The notes: generated from the letters alone by a model not told the origin. DNA of 46,545 nucleotides from Dicyema japonicum (GCA_011109175.1 RDEW01000073.1:1-46545); one strand, 5' to 3'. Shown: positions 12,601-25,190, counted from the first letter of the stretch. Translations and numbers: made by a program.

Positions 12601-15600
12601 GAAATCCTTAGGCATTAAATGATTCCATCTGGATTCCAATTTTAAAACCTTTTTGTTAGTAAGGATGATATCGGTTGACAAATTTTCTTTAATAATTTTG
12701 ATCTTTGATTTAATTGTGTCAAATTTACTTGATTTTTCAACATTTCATCAAAGTTGCTTAACGTCGCTTCAAATTTTTCAAAATTACTCCTTGCCGTGGT
12801 CACCGCTGATATTCCCTTCCCGGCAACAATTTTCAACAGTTTATTCTTTCTTTCAACAAAATTTATCTCATTTCGGAACTGCGGCTAGGTATTACATAAT
12901 CTTACCGAATCACACTCTTTAATCCATTCCTTATGTTTCTGCGAATATTGAGCAACCTCGTCTGCATTTTGTGGCTTCTTTTCTAGCGAGGCTCGAGCGG
13001 CTGAAAGATTGTCACTAAATTTTTTATTTGTCGCGTGAATTGACTGCGACAAGGAAGAAACCAAAGCTTCAAAATATCTCTCCAGCAAGTCATCAATGCT
13101 TGCCTTCATTAAAATTGTATTTATAAGAATACAATCCACTTTAATCTCGCTTGAATTAAAAACTGGTAAACTTTTGAATTCTTTCAGCTTCCCGCCCTTT
13201 AGTTTTCAATTCGCGGAAATTTTCTTCAAATTCTGAAATTTCTGAGACGTTTTGATTCACAAATTCTTGCAGATCGACAGTGCTGAGTACAAACCAAGGC
13301 TTGGAATTAATAAAACACAGACTTTAAAATCTCGAATAATCTCCTCGAGTTTATCGAAAATAACTTCCACTTTGTAATATACGTATTTTAATCTCTCAAC
13401 GTTTAAATATATCATTTTAGGGAAAATTGGGTTTTGCTTTCCCCCACTGACTCCCCTAAAATGTTTAGGAAGCATCATAAATTTCTTAATCTCCTTCATG
13501 AAAGTCATTCTAATTTCTTCGAAAGACGGTTTAAATTGAAGCTTATTTTGTCTAAAGTAAGTCAGTCGGCAACCGGAAGACCAAGTCAACTTTAACAGTG
13601 GGAAAATTCTCATGGAATGTTTCAAGCCCAGTCTGATACTGAAATTCAAGTGCTTTGTACAACTGATGGTCCCAATGGTTCCTCCAACCTCTCATATCTT
13701 CGGGGGAGTATCCCTGGATATATATTTGATTCTACCTGAGCTTCTACTGAGGAAAATATCTGACGAATAATGACCATCTCACTCTTCCACTTCTCTTGGC
13801 TTCTTAGTAAATCCACATTAAATAAGTTGACCACCTATTAGTGAGTGGAATTGAGATCAACCTTATCAATTAGTTGCACGTGGATGGACCTGAGGTGTCT
13901 ATTTTCCTGCGAGAGGCGTTCAGAAATATCCTTCAGTTTCTTTACGTAGGTATCAAGGTCTCTTGTGTTTTCCCACGTTAGTTCCACGTGTCCACCTATT
14001 TGTTAGCCTTAAATACACCTTGACTTTGATTGCGGACTATTTTTTCAAACGCATGTGCAGTACAAATCATTAGTGGTTTCTGACTGGCAATCATTTGGCG
14101 GTCAATAGAATTGTAGAAATTGGCGACTTTCCTCAGGGATATTCCGTAGTTGTAGTATTTATTGCCTTCGTTGACAATATCCACTATTTTTGAAGGAATT
14201 TCAAATCCCAAAGCCGAAAGATGCCGGACCTCTTCTATGAGAACCACCAGTTCATCGCTGTAGCTTACAGTTAACTTATCATTTTTATAATCCATCGTCA
14301 TTATTTTACCAGTAATGATCAATCTGGAAATTAAGGCAAAAATCACTTGCTGTCGTACAAATTGGCTCGATTTATCACGTCCTCGCACCAGTCGTTGTAC
14401 TGGTCAAGTTTCAAGGTGCTTAGTTGAGATTGTAAGTCATTCAACGTCGTAATAAACTCAGAAAAGCCGTTAATTTCCCTCAAAATAGAATTTCCAATAC
14501 TGATATATTCGTTGACCTAAAATTAATACATATTCTTGCTTTATGTTGCTTCTGAATAATCCAAGTAATGTAGTTGATAAACTGGGATCTATGAATTATC
14601 TGAGGAGGATCTTTTCTATTGGCGATGACGTCATCAAATTCCTCCTTTAGCTGCCTCACATGAATTTTGAGCTGAGCAAATAGACTTTCTCTAAGAACGT
14701 TAATCATTCCAAACCTTTCGTCAATCAACCTATCCTTGATTTGGGGCTTAGCGAGCAGATCTCTAAATTGTACGATGTGGCTCAAAAACTTATGTTAGAA
14801 CATAACAACAAACCTGGTTCGGATTTTTGTTGAATTTTGTAAAATATTTCTTCAAATTTTCAACACAATCAGGAAGCGATTTCTCAATAATCTTATTGTA
14901 CTGGGCTAGAGCTTTTTTCCATTCAGAAAGAGAATATAAATTCGACTGAAAAGCGTTAACATCTTTAATTAACTACTTGTATACGTTTAAATGATTTGAA
15001 AATATCTTCATCACCACAAAAACCTGAACTGTTATTCCCGGCAATTTTTATTAATTGTTCGCCACATATTTTAATATTTTTAATCTAATTAAATAAATAA
15101 TAATTTACCTCTTCAATTCTTTTAGTTAATTCTTTCATCATATAAGGTTTAAATTCAGTGCCTTTCCATGTATGAGAGGCTAATCTTGGCCAAAAGTTTT
15201 TAGTTAGGGATGTGCACAATTCTTCAAACCGTCCAGTGATTTTTTCGGTTTCTACAAGAATTTCAATTGCTTTGGAAAACGGGAGATCCCAAATGTTTTC
15301 TTTTGCCAATAATTCTTGCAGTTGAGTAGAAATTGAGCTGTCAAATACAAGCAAAAAATGCTCCATTCGCTCTTCGGGGTATGGTTGGGTCTCATTTTGT
15401 TTCCACAAATCATCAAGGACGTCGAAACATACTTCAATAACTTCTTCAAAGTCCGAGATCTCTAATCCTTCCATTTCACTCAATTGCCTTTTCAGAGGCT
15501 CAAATATTCGTCCGTAAACTTTTCCTTTGAGAGATTCAGATTTGTCCGATTTTGACATCACGAGACTCCAATATTCGAATTCATCATTTGGAGTTAAAAT

Positions 15601-16092
15601 ATCTTAATATTGAAAAAAAAGTACAGCTGTAGTTATGACCCCCTGAAGTTGATCTCTTAAGCCAATTTTGAAGTCCGGAATCAAGTTGGGTTAAAATATT
15701 TTGAAGAGTCGAATCGATTTTTATTTTGCTCGAATTCAATAATGGACCGTATAACTGATGAATTGCATAGTAGAAAGACTTCTCGGGAGAAGATGTCAAT
15801 GAAGTCATCAAAATTTTATTTCGCACGTTATTATCCTCAAATACTGGAATTTTAAAAAAGGCCAAAGTATTTTTAGCTGATTTTTCTTCGCTAAGCTAAA
15901 TTATACAATTGAATGTTGTTTTACTTTGAGACTCATCGCTACAGAATTCGATTCTTTCTGGCAATACAAAATAGCACTTGTCTCGCTTAAAAATTGTAAT
16001 ATAGCATTCAGGTTTTCTTGATTTAGTGAATTTTCTGGACAATTGAAATAATTTGTTGCTGTGGAAAATATAGAGTCCTTATTTTCTTCCAT
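9621..16092 (-). CDS. DYNC2H1: Cytoplasmic dynein-2 heavy chain (retrograde IFT dynein), 5' ~1,917 codons, 3' end lost at a gap
   Basis: Spliced frame is open from ATG 16092 to the gap. Motifs: [61 protein letters not shown]1 Walker [49 protein letters not shown]. Introns (plus coordinates): 15896-15924, 15603-15624, 15085-15108, 14963-14984, 14789-14813, 14517-14539 (GC-AG), 14324-14346, 13996-14018, 13835-13861, 13714-13735, 13552-13573, 13300-13322, 13150-13171, 12885-12905, 12703-12728, 12474-12499, 12293-12317, 12155-12180, 11960-11983, 11778-11800, 11534-11556, 11377-11400, 11124-11145, 10987-11009, 10695-10720, 10531-10557, 10386-10411, 10178-10202, 9932-9953, 9820-9842. Confidence 0.95.
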
Positions 16093-16399
16093 TTAGTCTG
16101 AAAGGTCACAAATTTTTAAAAATTCGTTTCCTTGGATACTATATTATTTGATTTTGGTTTTTCTTCAAATATTAACCAACGGGAGCATTTATTAAGTTTT
16201 AAAGATCACCCACCGTCGACATAATTGACGCGGCGTTTTCTTCTCATAAACTGAAACCAGAACTTATTCCGATCAACTTGAGATACCGTTGGGTTTCACG
16301 GGTTCTAGTTGTGATCAGAGGTCGTCGAATCTTGAGGAAAGACGAAGACTTCCGCTTTTCTCTACAGTTGTCTTACAACAATTACACAGAATATTAGAT

Positions 16400-16967
16400 A
16401 AAGTTATTGAAAATTAACAAAAACGTAACAACCGAATGCGGGAATCAGTCATTTGGATCTGGCGCGATGAGGAATGCGGACGGTCTTGTTGACAAATATT
16501 TTCTAAATGGAAGACGTGAACAAGTCATATGCGACGGTATACAGTCAAAACCGAGATTCCTGTCGAATGTAGTTTTCAAAGGATCCCCATTAACACGAGT
16601 GCTGGCCAATTTGTGAATAAATCTGTCTCAAAAATTGTCTTCTATCATACACCGATGACATTCTCCATGCTACCAGACATCAGGACTATCTACTTCCTTC
16701 TAGAGTTCTGTAGAACAAGTTACACTAGCTAACTTCTTGGATTGCTCAATTACGACTCCATGTATCGCCTTCTCGATTGTTCACAAAGTTTTGTTATATG
16801 CAAGAGACTTAAGGACAAATCACGGCGCTTTGCCTCAGTTTATGAACAATTTATCCGACACACGATGATTTATGCAAGTCCATCGTGGGAAATGTCATTT
16901 CCCGGTCCTCAGCTTCGAAACAATACTCGGTACAAGAAGCTACAATAAGGATGATAGGACCAAAACA
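16400..16967 (+). mobile_element. Degenerate LINE RT fragment
   Basis: REQVICDGIQSKPRF...KGSPL and VYEQFIRHTMIYASPSW resemble RT palm/thumb segments and the element at 340-2715. Confidence 0.55.
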
Positions 16968-17475
16968 NNNNNNNNNNNNNNNNNNNNNNNNNNNNNNNNN
17001 NNNNNNNNNNNNNNNNNNNNNNNNNNNNNNNNNNNNNNNNNNNNNNNNNNNNNNNNNNNNNNNNNNNNNNNNNNNNNNNNNNNNNNNNNNNNNNNNNNNN
17101 NNNNNNNNNNNNNNNNNNNNNNNNNNNNNNNNNNNNNNNNNNNNNNNNNNNNNNNNNNNNNNNNNNNNNNNNNNNNNNNNNNNNNNNNNNNNNNNNNNNN
17201 NNNNNNNNNNNNNNNNNNNNNNNNNNNNNNNNNNNNNNNNNTTTAAATTTATAATTAAGCTCTTCTAGAATCATCTATTTCTTTGAATTCTGTATGACTA
17301 AGACACATAAAGATTGACAATTATTCTCAGTAATAAATAAATCTTATGTCTGTAATAAATAAATCTTCCATATGCTTATCTAATTTTGTGTAATAAATCA
17401 GACCAAGGAAAAAATCATAATTTAATTACTATTGCAGATAAACATCACCACCCTCCTCCTAGAGAAGTCAGTCAT

Positions 17476-17821
17476 CCCTTTCTCGCTATTTAAATGAGTT
17501 GACTGTTAGTAATCCTTATTCCCTCTTTCCATATCCGACTAATTTAAGAGTTAACTGTCACTCGTCCTTATCCCCTTTGTCCACATTCTAATAGTTAAGA
17601 AGACTTATCCAATTTCCTGCCCTAGTTTAGAACATAAATCTTAATCCGCCCTTTCTCGCTATTTAAATGAGTTGACTGTTAGTAATCCTTATTCCCTCTT
17701 TCCATATCCGACTAATTTAAGAGTTAACTGTCACTCGTCCTTATCCCCTTTCTCCACATTCTAATAGTTAAGAAGACTTATCCAATTTCCTGCCCTAGTT
17801 TAGAACATAAATCTTAATCCG
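17476..17821 (+). repeat. 173-bp tandem duplication
   Basis: 17476-17648 is repeated at 17649-17821 with one small difference. Confidence 0.9.
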
Positions 17822-17949
17822 TGTCATTTTGGAATAAACTAATTTGCTTTTCCTCATATTTTTCTCTTTACTTAATTTATTCATTTCTATAAACTATAGA
17901 ATGTATGTTAAATTAATAAAACTCTGAGTCACAAGTAAAAGTAATTAAT

Positions 17950-18470
17950 TTACAACACCAGTCAAGCTCAATCTCCTCTTCTAATCTCTATTACCCATAT
18001 AGATGTGTTCACGTCGACGAACACTCCACATTCAGAAACTACCCTGGGTTGACATTCCGTAACATTTTTCTCTTTACCAAGCATTGATACTCCATGTTTC
18101 TCTTCAGTCTGAATGCTCTCCAGAGTCTTCCGCAGTACTAACGTTTGCATATGCTTACACCTTTACGGTATCCAAATGGCCCTTGAAGAATCTTGAGATA
18201 ATTCCACCTCAGGTGATGACCACAGGGATTATTTTCACATCTGGGCAATGGATAATCTCAAATTAGTTCGCCAATAGGTCATACCTATGAAATTTTCCAC
18301 CTCGTACGATATGCTACCTATTTCAACAAAAGTAAATCATATTGTTTATCATATGAACGAAAATATCGGTTTGTTATTCGTTTCAGACGTATTAGCACTG
18401 ATCATCGTGCCCACATGAATCTCCACTAATACACTTGCGACAACAGATTGGAATAAATAGAACTTGAGTC
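17950..18470 (-). mobile_element. R4/Dong-like RLE non-LTR retrotransposon, C-terminal fragment
   Basis: Across frameshifts: NNKP/DIFV...RYDLLAN...VKIIPVVIT(*)GGIISRFFK...QTLVLRKTLESI, the typical RLE-domain end. Confidence 0.7.
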
Positions 18471-19039
18471 AGAACATTATTTTAATATAAAATAATTGAT
18501 TTGATTTATTGATTATTGAAAATATAAAATAATTTCTTTTAGTCTACGTCAAAAAAACAAAATTCCGTGAGTTTTCCCGCTAATCATTGATATTTTGAGC
18601 CGCAGTCTCAATCAAAGTTTTTTGCAGTATTGGCTTATTTTCGAAGCGATCCTTCGTTCGATATTGGATAGAAAATATTCCGTCACCTTTCCCATAAATC
18701 TACGTTGTAATTAAACTTGGAAGCAATAATTATCGAATTGGAAAATAAGAATTCGCTAATACATAAAGAAAAATATTATATCCCCCGAAAATAGTAGTTT
18801 TATTATATTTAAAGTTAATTACTAATTAAATATAATCTATTAAATTTAAATATAACATGTTATAGTAAATTTTGTTGTGGTTAGTTGTGGTGTGGTGTGT
18901 GTTTGGTTGTTTGTCTGAAAGTGACTGGTTTATATAATATACTAATATAATTATTTTATTTTTTTATTGAGTGAGTGTGGTTTGGTTTGAGTGAGGTTTG
19001 CTGAGTGAATTAATATTATTACTATATTTTTAGTTAAGA

Positions 19040-22003
19040 ATGACGGACTTCTCAAATCTATCATTTGTTATTGACTCAGCTGGTCTCATAAACTTGAATG
19101 TACTCGACGATGTCGTCTGGTCAATGTACCACGAGAATGGAGAGAAGCAGATGCAAGCAGTGAAAATCCTCGAACTCATACGAACCCACCCAGAGGCTTG
19201 GAGGAACGCAGATACAATTTTGAAGAGTCAATACAACGAGACCAAATACTTTGGTCTACAGCTGCTGGAGATTGTCATCAAGGAGAAGTGGAGAACCCTC
19301 AGTGAACAGGAACGGATTGGACTTAAGGAATTTGTTATGAGAATTTGTGGATTGCAAGGAGTCGACAAGGTGGCCTTGCAAATGTTGAAGCGAGACTGGT
19401 CCATGATCAAGCAACTCGTTAATATGAGTCTACAAGACGAAGTGGTGTGCATAAACTGCATGAAGATACTATCCCAACTAACTCCTGATGTCGTAAACTC
19501 TCAAAGAGGGGCTCCTCTCCTTGATTTGTGTCGATTCATATTGGAGAACGCAAAGTCGTCTACTCTACTTCTCAGTACACTCAACACACTAAAAAAACTC
19601 CTCTCATTCCTCGACCCCCCTGTTGGACTGTTACATGGCATTGCTGAATGTGCCTCTACTCACCAATTGAGGAACTCTGTACTGGGGTGCCTGGCTGAGG
19701 GTTTATCCCACGTGCCTGACTTCAGTGGGATATTCCCAATAGCCAGTAGAATACTAAAGTCTCTACAAGTTGATTTATCTCTGAGCAGTGAGTATCTTCA
19801 AAGTGTCATCCTTTTCATAACATCGTTTCTGACTACCTATTATGGAAATTTGAGGAATGCTGCTCCAGATTTGATTCAGATTGGGGTAGAGAAGTTACTT
19901 CAGATTTCAATGACGACAGATAAGAGTCTGTTTGTGCAAATTGTGGAGTTTTGGCGGCAATATGTTTCTTTGTTATACTCGAATCCGAGTGATGTTAGAC
20001 AAGAAGTACTTCACGAACTGAGATGTATGATGATATCTCGGATGGCAAAACCAGAGGAAGTCATTGTTGTGCAGTTAGAAGATGGGAGTGTCGTAAGGGA
20101 GACTATGAAGGACACTGAGGAAGCTAATTTGTACAAAATAATGAGAGAAGTGCTGATTTACCTCGCGCATTTGGACACAACGGATACACTGGCTATAATG
20201 GTGGAGAGACTGGAGTCTATGGTTGACACTAATACTACATGTTGGGCCATTGGATCTATTAGTGGAGCTCTGATTGAGGAGGACGAGAACAAATTTATAG
20301 TAATTGTCATAAGGAATCTTCTTTCAATGTGTGAGAAGGCTCACTCAAAGGATGAGAAGGCGGCTGTGGCTGCCAATATTATGTATGTAGTGGCACAATA
20401 TCAACGATTCCTCAGAAACCACGTTAAATTTTTAAAGACTGTTGTATACAAACTGTTTGAGTTTATGCATGGTTGTGAGTTGTATTATTGTAGAGTTACA
20501 CGATGGTGTCCAGGATATGGCTTGTGAGACCTTCTATAAGCTGGTGCAGAGATGTCGATCAAAGTTTTTGGAGCCTTTAATGTCTACCACGTGTTGTTTG
20601 GCTATTGAAATTATATCCAATCTGGAGGTAATAGTATCTGATTTGTCCCTTCAACAGGTATTAATTTTATATAGTGTAGTTACTATGTGTTTATGAAGCA
20701 TTGGCCTCTGCTGTAAAGGCACATGATGGGGGACTCAATTTTATTGACACTTTGATGCAGCTCCCTAACCTTGAGTGGAATCATGTAAAAAACGATTACT
20801 CTAACCCACATCAGGTAATCAAAATTATAAGAATAAACACGTGTGTGTGCAAACAGGCTGGGAATATGTACAAGAGACAGGTTATGAATCGGTAAATTAT
20901 GGTAGATGGACTTGATATTCGATGATCTGGTTGAAATATACAAGTTTCTCAGCACAACAGAGGACAGACTGGCTTATACTATCAGAACAGATATATTAAA
21001 ACTGATATCTACCTATCTTGACTCATGTGAAAGTCAAGGAGATGTAATAAATATTGTAATCTCTAGATGAGTGTTGGAGTAATCACGAATATTATTGGAC
21101 TAGTACTCCCCATCATTGACCCCCCAATGGTAATTTTGATGACTTCGTTTGTAAGCCACTTAAAGGTAGAGAATGTAGTTACACCAGGAATCTGCTAAGC
21201 CTTACATTTATGACATATTTGGACTGGTCTTTACTTCCACATTGAAGTTGATAAGTCAGGACTATGTGAATATGCCTGAGTTGAGGGTGGAGATGGTCAA
21301 CTTCCTCAATTGTTGTCTGCGGAATTGTCTGTCTGGAGTTGTCGAGTTTAATGATAATAATCTGGGAATGATAATTCAGACTATTTTGTGGTTCACTCAA
21401 CATCCAATGCAGCAAGTGGCAATTACTGGACTGGACTGTCTTAGATTGTTGTTTGGGGGAAAATTTCGTATGATTAACCCTCCAAAGTTTGTTGAGTTTT
21501 TGAGAACTTACTTTATGTCGACAATCGACCATATTATTAAGCTGATTGTTGAACCAATACATACTTCTGGAGGAGTCAAACCATATGCTTTGCTGTTGGC
21601 CGATATGATGACAGTTATTGAGGAATTGAAGGACAGAATCAATCCCACGTGCGAAAATGTACCATACGTCTACATTACTCTTACGGAAATTCTCGAAAAG
21701 AGACACCCTAATTCAGCTTTGTAGTTTTGTGTGTTATTTGTAGAATCAAAGTTTTTGTTGAAGGGTTGTTCAGCTTTGATAGAGACGCTAAGAAGCTGAA
21801 AAAACACCTTAAGGACTTTATTGTGCAGATTAGAGTTGTGCTGTTTGTTATTGTAGGATGAAGTGGGAGATGACACTATTGACTTGTATTTGGAAGAGAA
21901 GGCTGAGGAGATGAGTAAGGCACGACAGGAAAAGACATTAGCTAATTCTAAGGTTCCTGGTCTGCTTGATAATGATGACACCTTCGATAACACTTTGTGG
22001 TGA
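19040..22003 (+). CDS. XPO1: Exportin-1 (CRM1), divergent and shortened, 934 aa
   Basis: Exons 19040-20471, 20494-20657, 20680-20880, 20906-21043, 21067-21165, 21188-21720, 21744-21834 and 21857-22003 total 2805 nt, in frame to TGA. Motifs: TKYFGLQLLE, SRMAKPEEVIVV, CWAIGSISGA, LSMCEK, NIMYVVAQY, KFLKTVVYKLFEFMHE, GVQDMACETF, KDFIVQIR, KVPG. Confidence 0.93.
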
Positions 22004-22149
22004 TTATTTTTCTTTTTCAATCAATTTAATAATTATTTCAAAATTATTTGTTTTTTATATAATATTGATAACCTTTTCCGTTAAAAATAAATATTACAAT
22101 TGTAATTTAGAAAATCACTTACTCGTGTACATTGTTAGTTGACCACTGA

Positions 22150-24250
22150 TTTTACTTAGTATAACGGATCTTATAATTTTCGCATGATCTTAGTTCAATT
22201 TCTTTTCAAACATCATTCTAAGAGAATGCTTGATGCCTTTTTCTTAGTCTTCTTAATAGGTCAGAAAATTCGTTTTTTTTCGTGGCTTTTCATTATGTCT
22301 TTTGAGGCGGCTGGATTCCCGTCATCTCTGGAACCAGTGGGCTTGGATTGTGGATTTTTCCTTTTCGCGATCCGATTCTGGTTAGCAGCTCAATGACCTG
22401 ATTCATGTGCTTACTGACATTTCACGAGACTGGTTCAAAAATGAACTGTCTCTGGAACCAGTGGGCTTGGATTGTGGATTTTTCCTTTTCGCGATCCGAT
22501 TCTGGTTAGCAGCTCAATGACCTGATTCATGTGCTTACTGACATTTCACGAGACTGGTTCAAAAATGAACTGTCCACAAAGAAATTCGTATTTCTGCATC
22601 TCTAGGGTTTCTGCCTTTCCCTAATTAGAGCCTGGGTTACTCGCTGTCATAACAAGGTTGGAGGGAGAGAGGCTATCTAGGCAAGGTATCTACCGCTTTC
22701 ATGGGAAGAGAGTCTTTGGTTGGCTGGGCGAGTCCAAGTGGCTACAATTGGACAGGAAATCTGGCCGCTTCTAGTTCCCAACCAATAACTCCGTTGATTG
22801 AGGTGTGTCTTGGACTCCTTCCAGCACTCCTCTGACAGAAAAAAGAGTGAAAACCTTTCGCGTCGACCATTTCAACGATCTANNNNNNNNNNNNNNNNNN
22901 NNNNNNNNNNNNNNNNNNNNNNNNNNNNNNNNNNNNNNNNNNNNNNNNNNNNNNNNNNNNNNNNNNNNNNNNNNNNNNNNNNNNNNNNNNNNNNNNNNNN
23001 NNNNNNNNNNNNNNNNNNNNNNNNNNNNNNNNNNNNNNNNNNNNNNNNNNNNNNNNNNNNNNNNNNNNNNNNNNNNNNNNNNNNNNNNNNNNNNNNNNNN
23101 NNNNNNNNNNNNNNNNNNNNNNNNNNNNNNNNNNNNNNNNNNNNNNNNNNNNNNNNNNNNNNNNNNNNNNNNNNNNNNNNNNNNNNNNNNNNNNNNNNNN
23201 NNNNNNNNNNNNNNNNNNNNNNNNNNNNNNNNNNNNNNNNNNNNNNNNNNNNNNNNNNNNNNNNNNNNNNNNNNNNNNNNNNNNNNNNNNNNNNNNNNNN
23301 NNNNNNNNNNNNNNNNNNNNNNNNNNNNNNNNNNNNNNNNNNNNNNNNNNNNNNNNNNNNNNNNNNNNNNNAGAAATCCAGAGCGAATAAAGTTAGTTAG
23401 GGAGCTGAGGAAGCTTGTTGTGGACCAATCCTTATTGAAACCATGCTGGAACGGTTTATCGGGAGTCTTTTCAGTTAATTTTGCAAGGAATTTGTTACAT
23501 GGAGCACAAGAGAGAAATAGGCCTGAGAGAAGCTGGGTCTTTTTTCGATCTTCCAGGTTTCAATACTGGGCGGATGTTTGCCAATTTTCAAGATTGTATA
23601 TGCAGGTTTCTTCTTTCCACTGGTAATTTCTTTTTTGATTTTTAGCAGAATAGGGTTATGATCACTTCGGGTGTCGTAGATGATGGACCAATTAAGTGTT
23701 GTTGAAAGCTGTGGTGAACAGAGTGTGATATCTGGGAAGGTTGATTGTCAGAGTTCCTTTGAGGTGTTCTGTGTTTTTTGATGTGTCATTTGTCAGTTTG
23801 CCAGACTGCGTCAACAGCAAATTTCCTTTTGTATCTGCAGACTGATTTAACAGCCAGAGAGGGTGTTTGCCATTAAAATCGCCGCATATCATAACTTCGT
23901 TCCAACTCTCCAGTGCAGATAAGTCCGGCATAGTGTAATGGTTCGGACATGAGCCAGGTGGGGGAATATACATGTTTACGAAATATAGTCTTCTTTTTGT
24001 TGTGCCAACAGATATTCTGATTATCTAGGTGGTTTCATCACTTCCCAAGAGTTTCTTCACTTCGAGTGTATGGTCCTCATACTTTAGGCCTTTTCTGATT
24101 AATGTAAGTAGTCCTCCACGTTTCTTAGTGCGATCGGCACATATGTTGTATCCGAGAAAAAGTACGTAGTATCTCTTGCTGATAGCTTCGATTCTTGAAT
24201 GAGCACAATGTCAATTTTGAGTTTAACAATCAGAGTTCTAAGTTCAATAA
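22150..24250 (-). mobile_element. Decayed APE-type LINE spanning a gap
   Basis: LNVNGILGKIIELR...IQESK, VNMYIPP, ICGDFNGKHPLW, SDHNPIL (APE). The part below the gap (22150-22880) is assigned tentatively. 124-bp tandem duplication at 22325-22573. Confidence 0.7.
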
Positions 24251-24689
24251 TTTTACCTTAAATTCCGTTCACATTTAGTTGTATAACAGAGATCCGGTCA
24301 ATTGACTTGTGTAGATCACGAATCCGAGAACAGTAATCCGTCGACCAGGGGCAACATGTAAGAAAAAACTAATCATAAACTTTATTAAAATACAAAATGT
24401 TTTCAGGTTATAATTTTGGTTTTTAGATAATAATTTTACAATAATAAAAATCTTTACTGAATAGATAATTATTTGGAAGGAAATTTTTACAAATAGTCGT
24501 AAATGCATGGATAAATATGTTGTGTTTCTATTTGTAATAGACTAAACTTATTAACAGAAAATCTAGATTTCAGATATTTCTTAATTCCGTATAAATTGTT
24601 ACTGAAATGCAAATTTTGAATATGTTAGCTGGGTTTTCTACGGCGAAGTAATTTTTTCCTGTCATCTTTATCAGTTTATAAACCAATAT

Positions 24690-25190
24690 TGACACAGTTA
24701 AGAGCTATTTAGCCCTAAAAGGGTTTCGCTTAAGCCATCCTTTGGAGCTATCTTCCTCGCCATTCTCGCCCACGTCATCTTATTTCTGGCCCTCATTCTA
24801 ACATTTCCCAGATCGTCTGCTGTCACCAATTTACGACCGATTGTTTCGTAGTCATCCTTTAAGCAAATTGGAAGTATATTCTTGGTCTGCCTCAAACTCC
24901 ATGACTTGCTGCGCAGTAGAAATATTCTTCCAATATTCTGTCACAAGGCGTAGTCGGGCCCGGTCTAAGAATATGTCCAAATAGTTGCCATCTCGATAAA
25001 ATAACGTCCATGCTAATTGGTGTATATTTAAATAGAGAATATAGTTTTTCCTTTGAGATTTTTCTCAGCCAGAAGATTCCACTCAATATGCCCAGTAGCT
25101 TCTGTGAAAAGTATCTAGCTTCTCTAAATTTTTTTTCAAAATTCTCAACGTTCCGGAATTGTATAGCAATATCGGCTAACAAACGTGTCG
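24690..25190 (-). mobile_element. RTE-clade LINE 3' fragment
   Basis: SRWQLFGHILR...GRPR...ADDLGNVRMRARNKMTW, homologous to 27347-27650. Confidence 0.8.

Noticed and set aside
19228-22020. Antisense ORFs over XPO1 (19228-19461, 20683-20955, 21179-21706, 21670-22020) and over dynein and the RTE
   Set aside because: Shadow frames of real coding sequence with no independent motifs.
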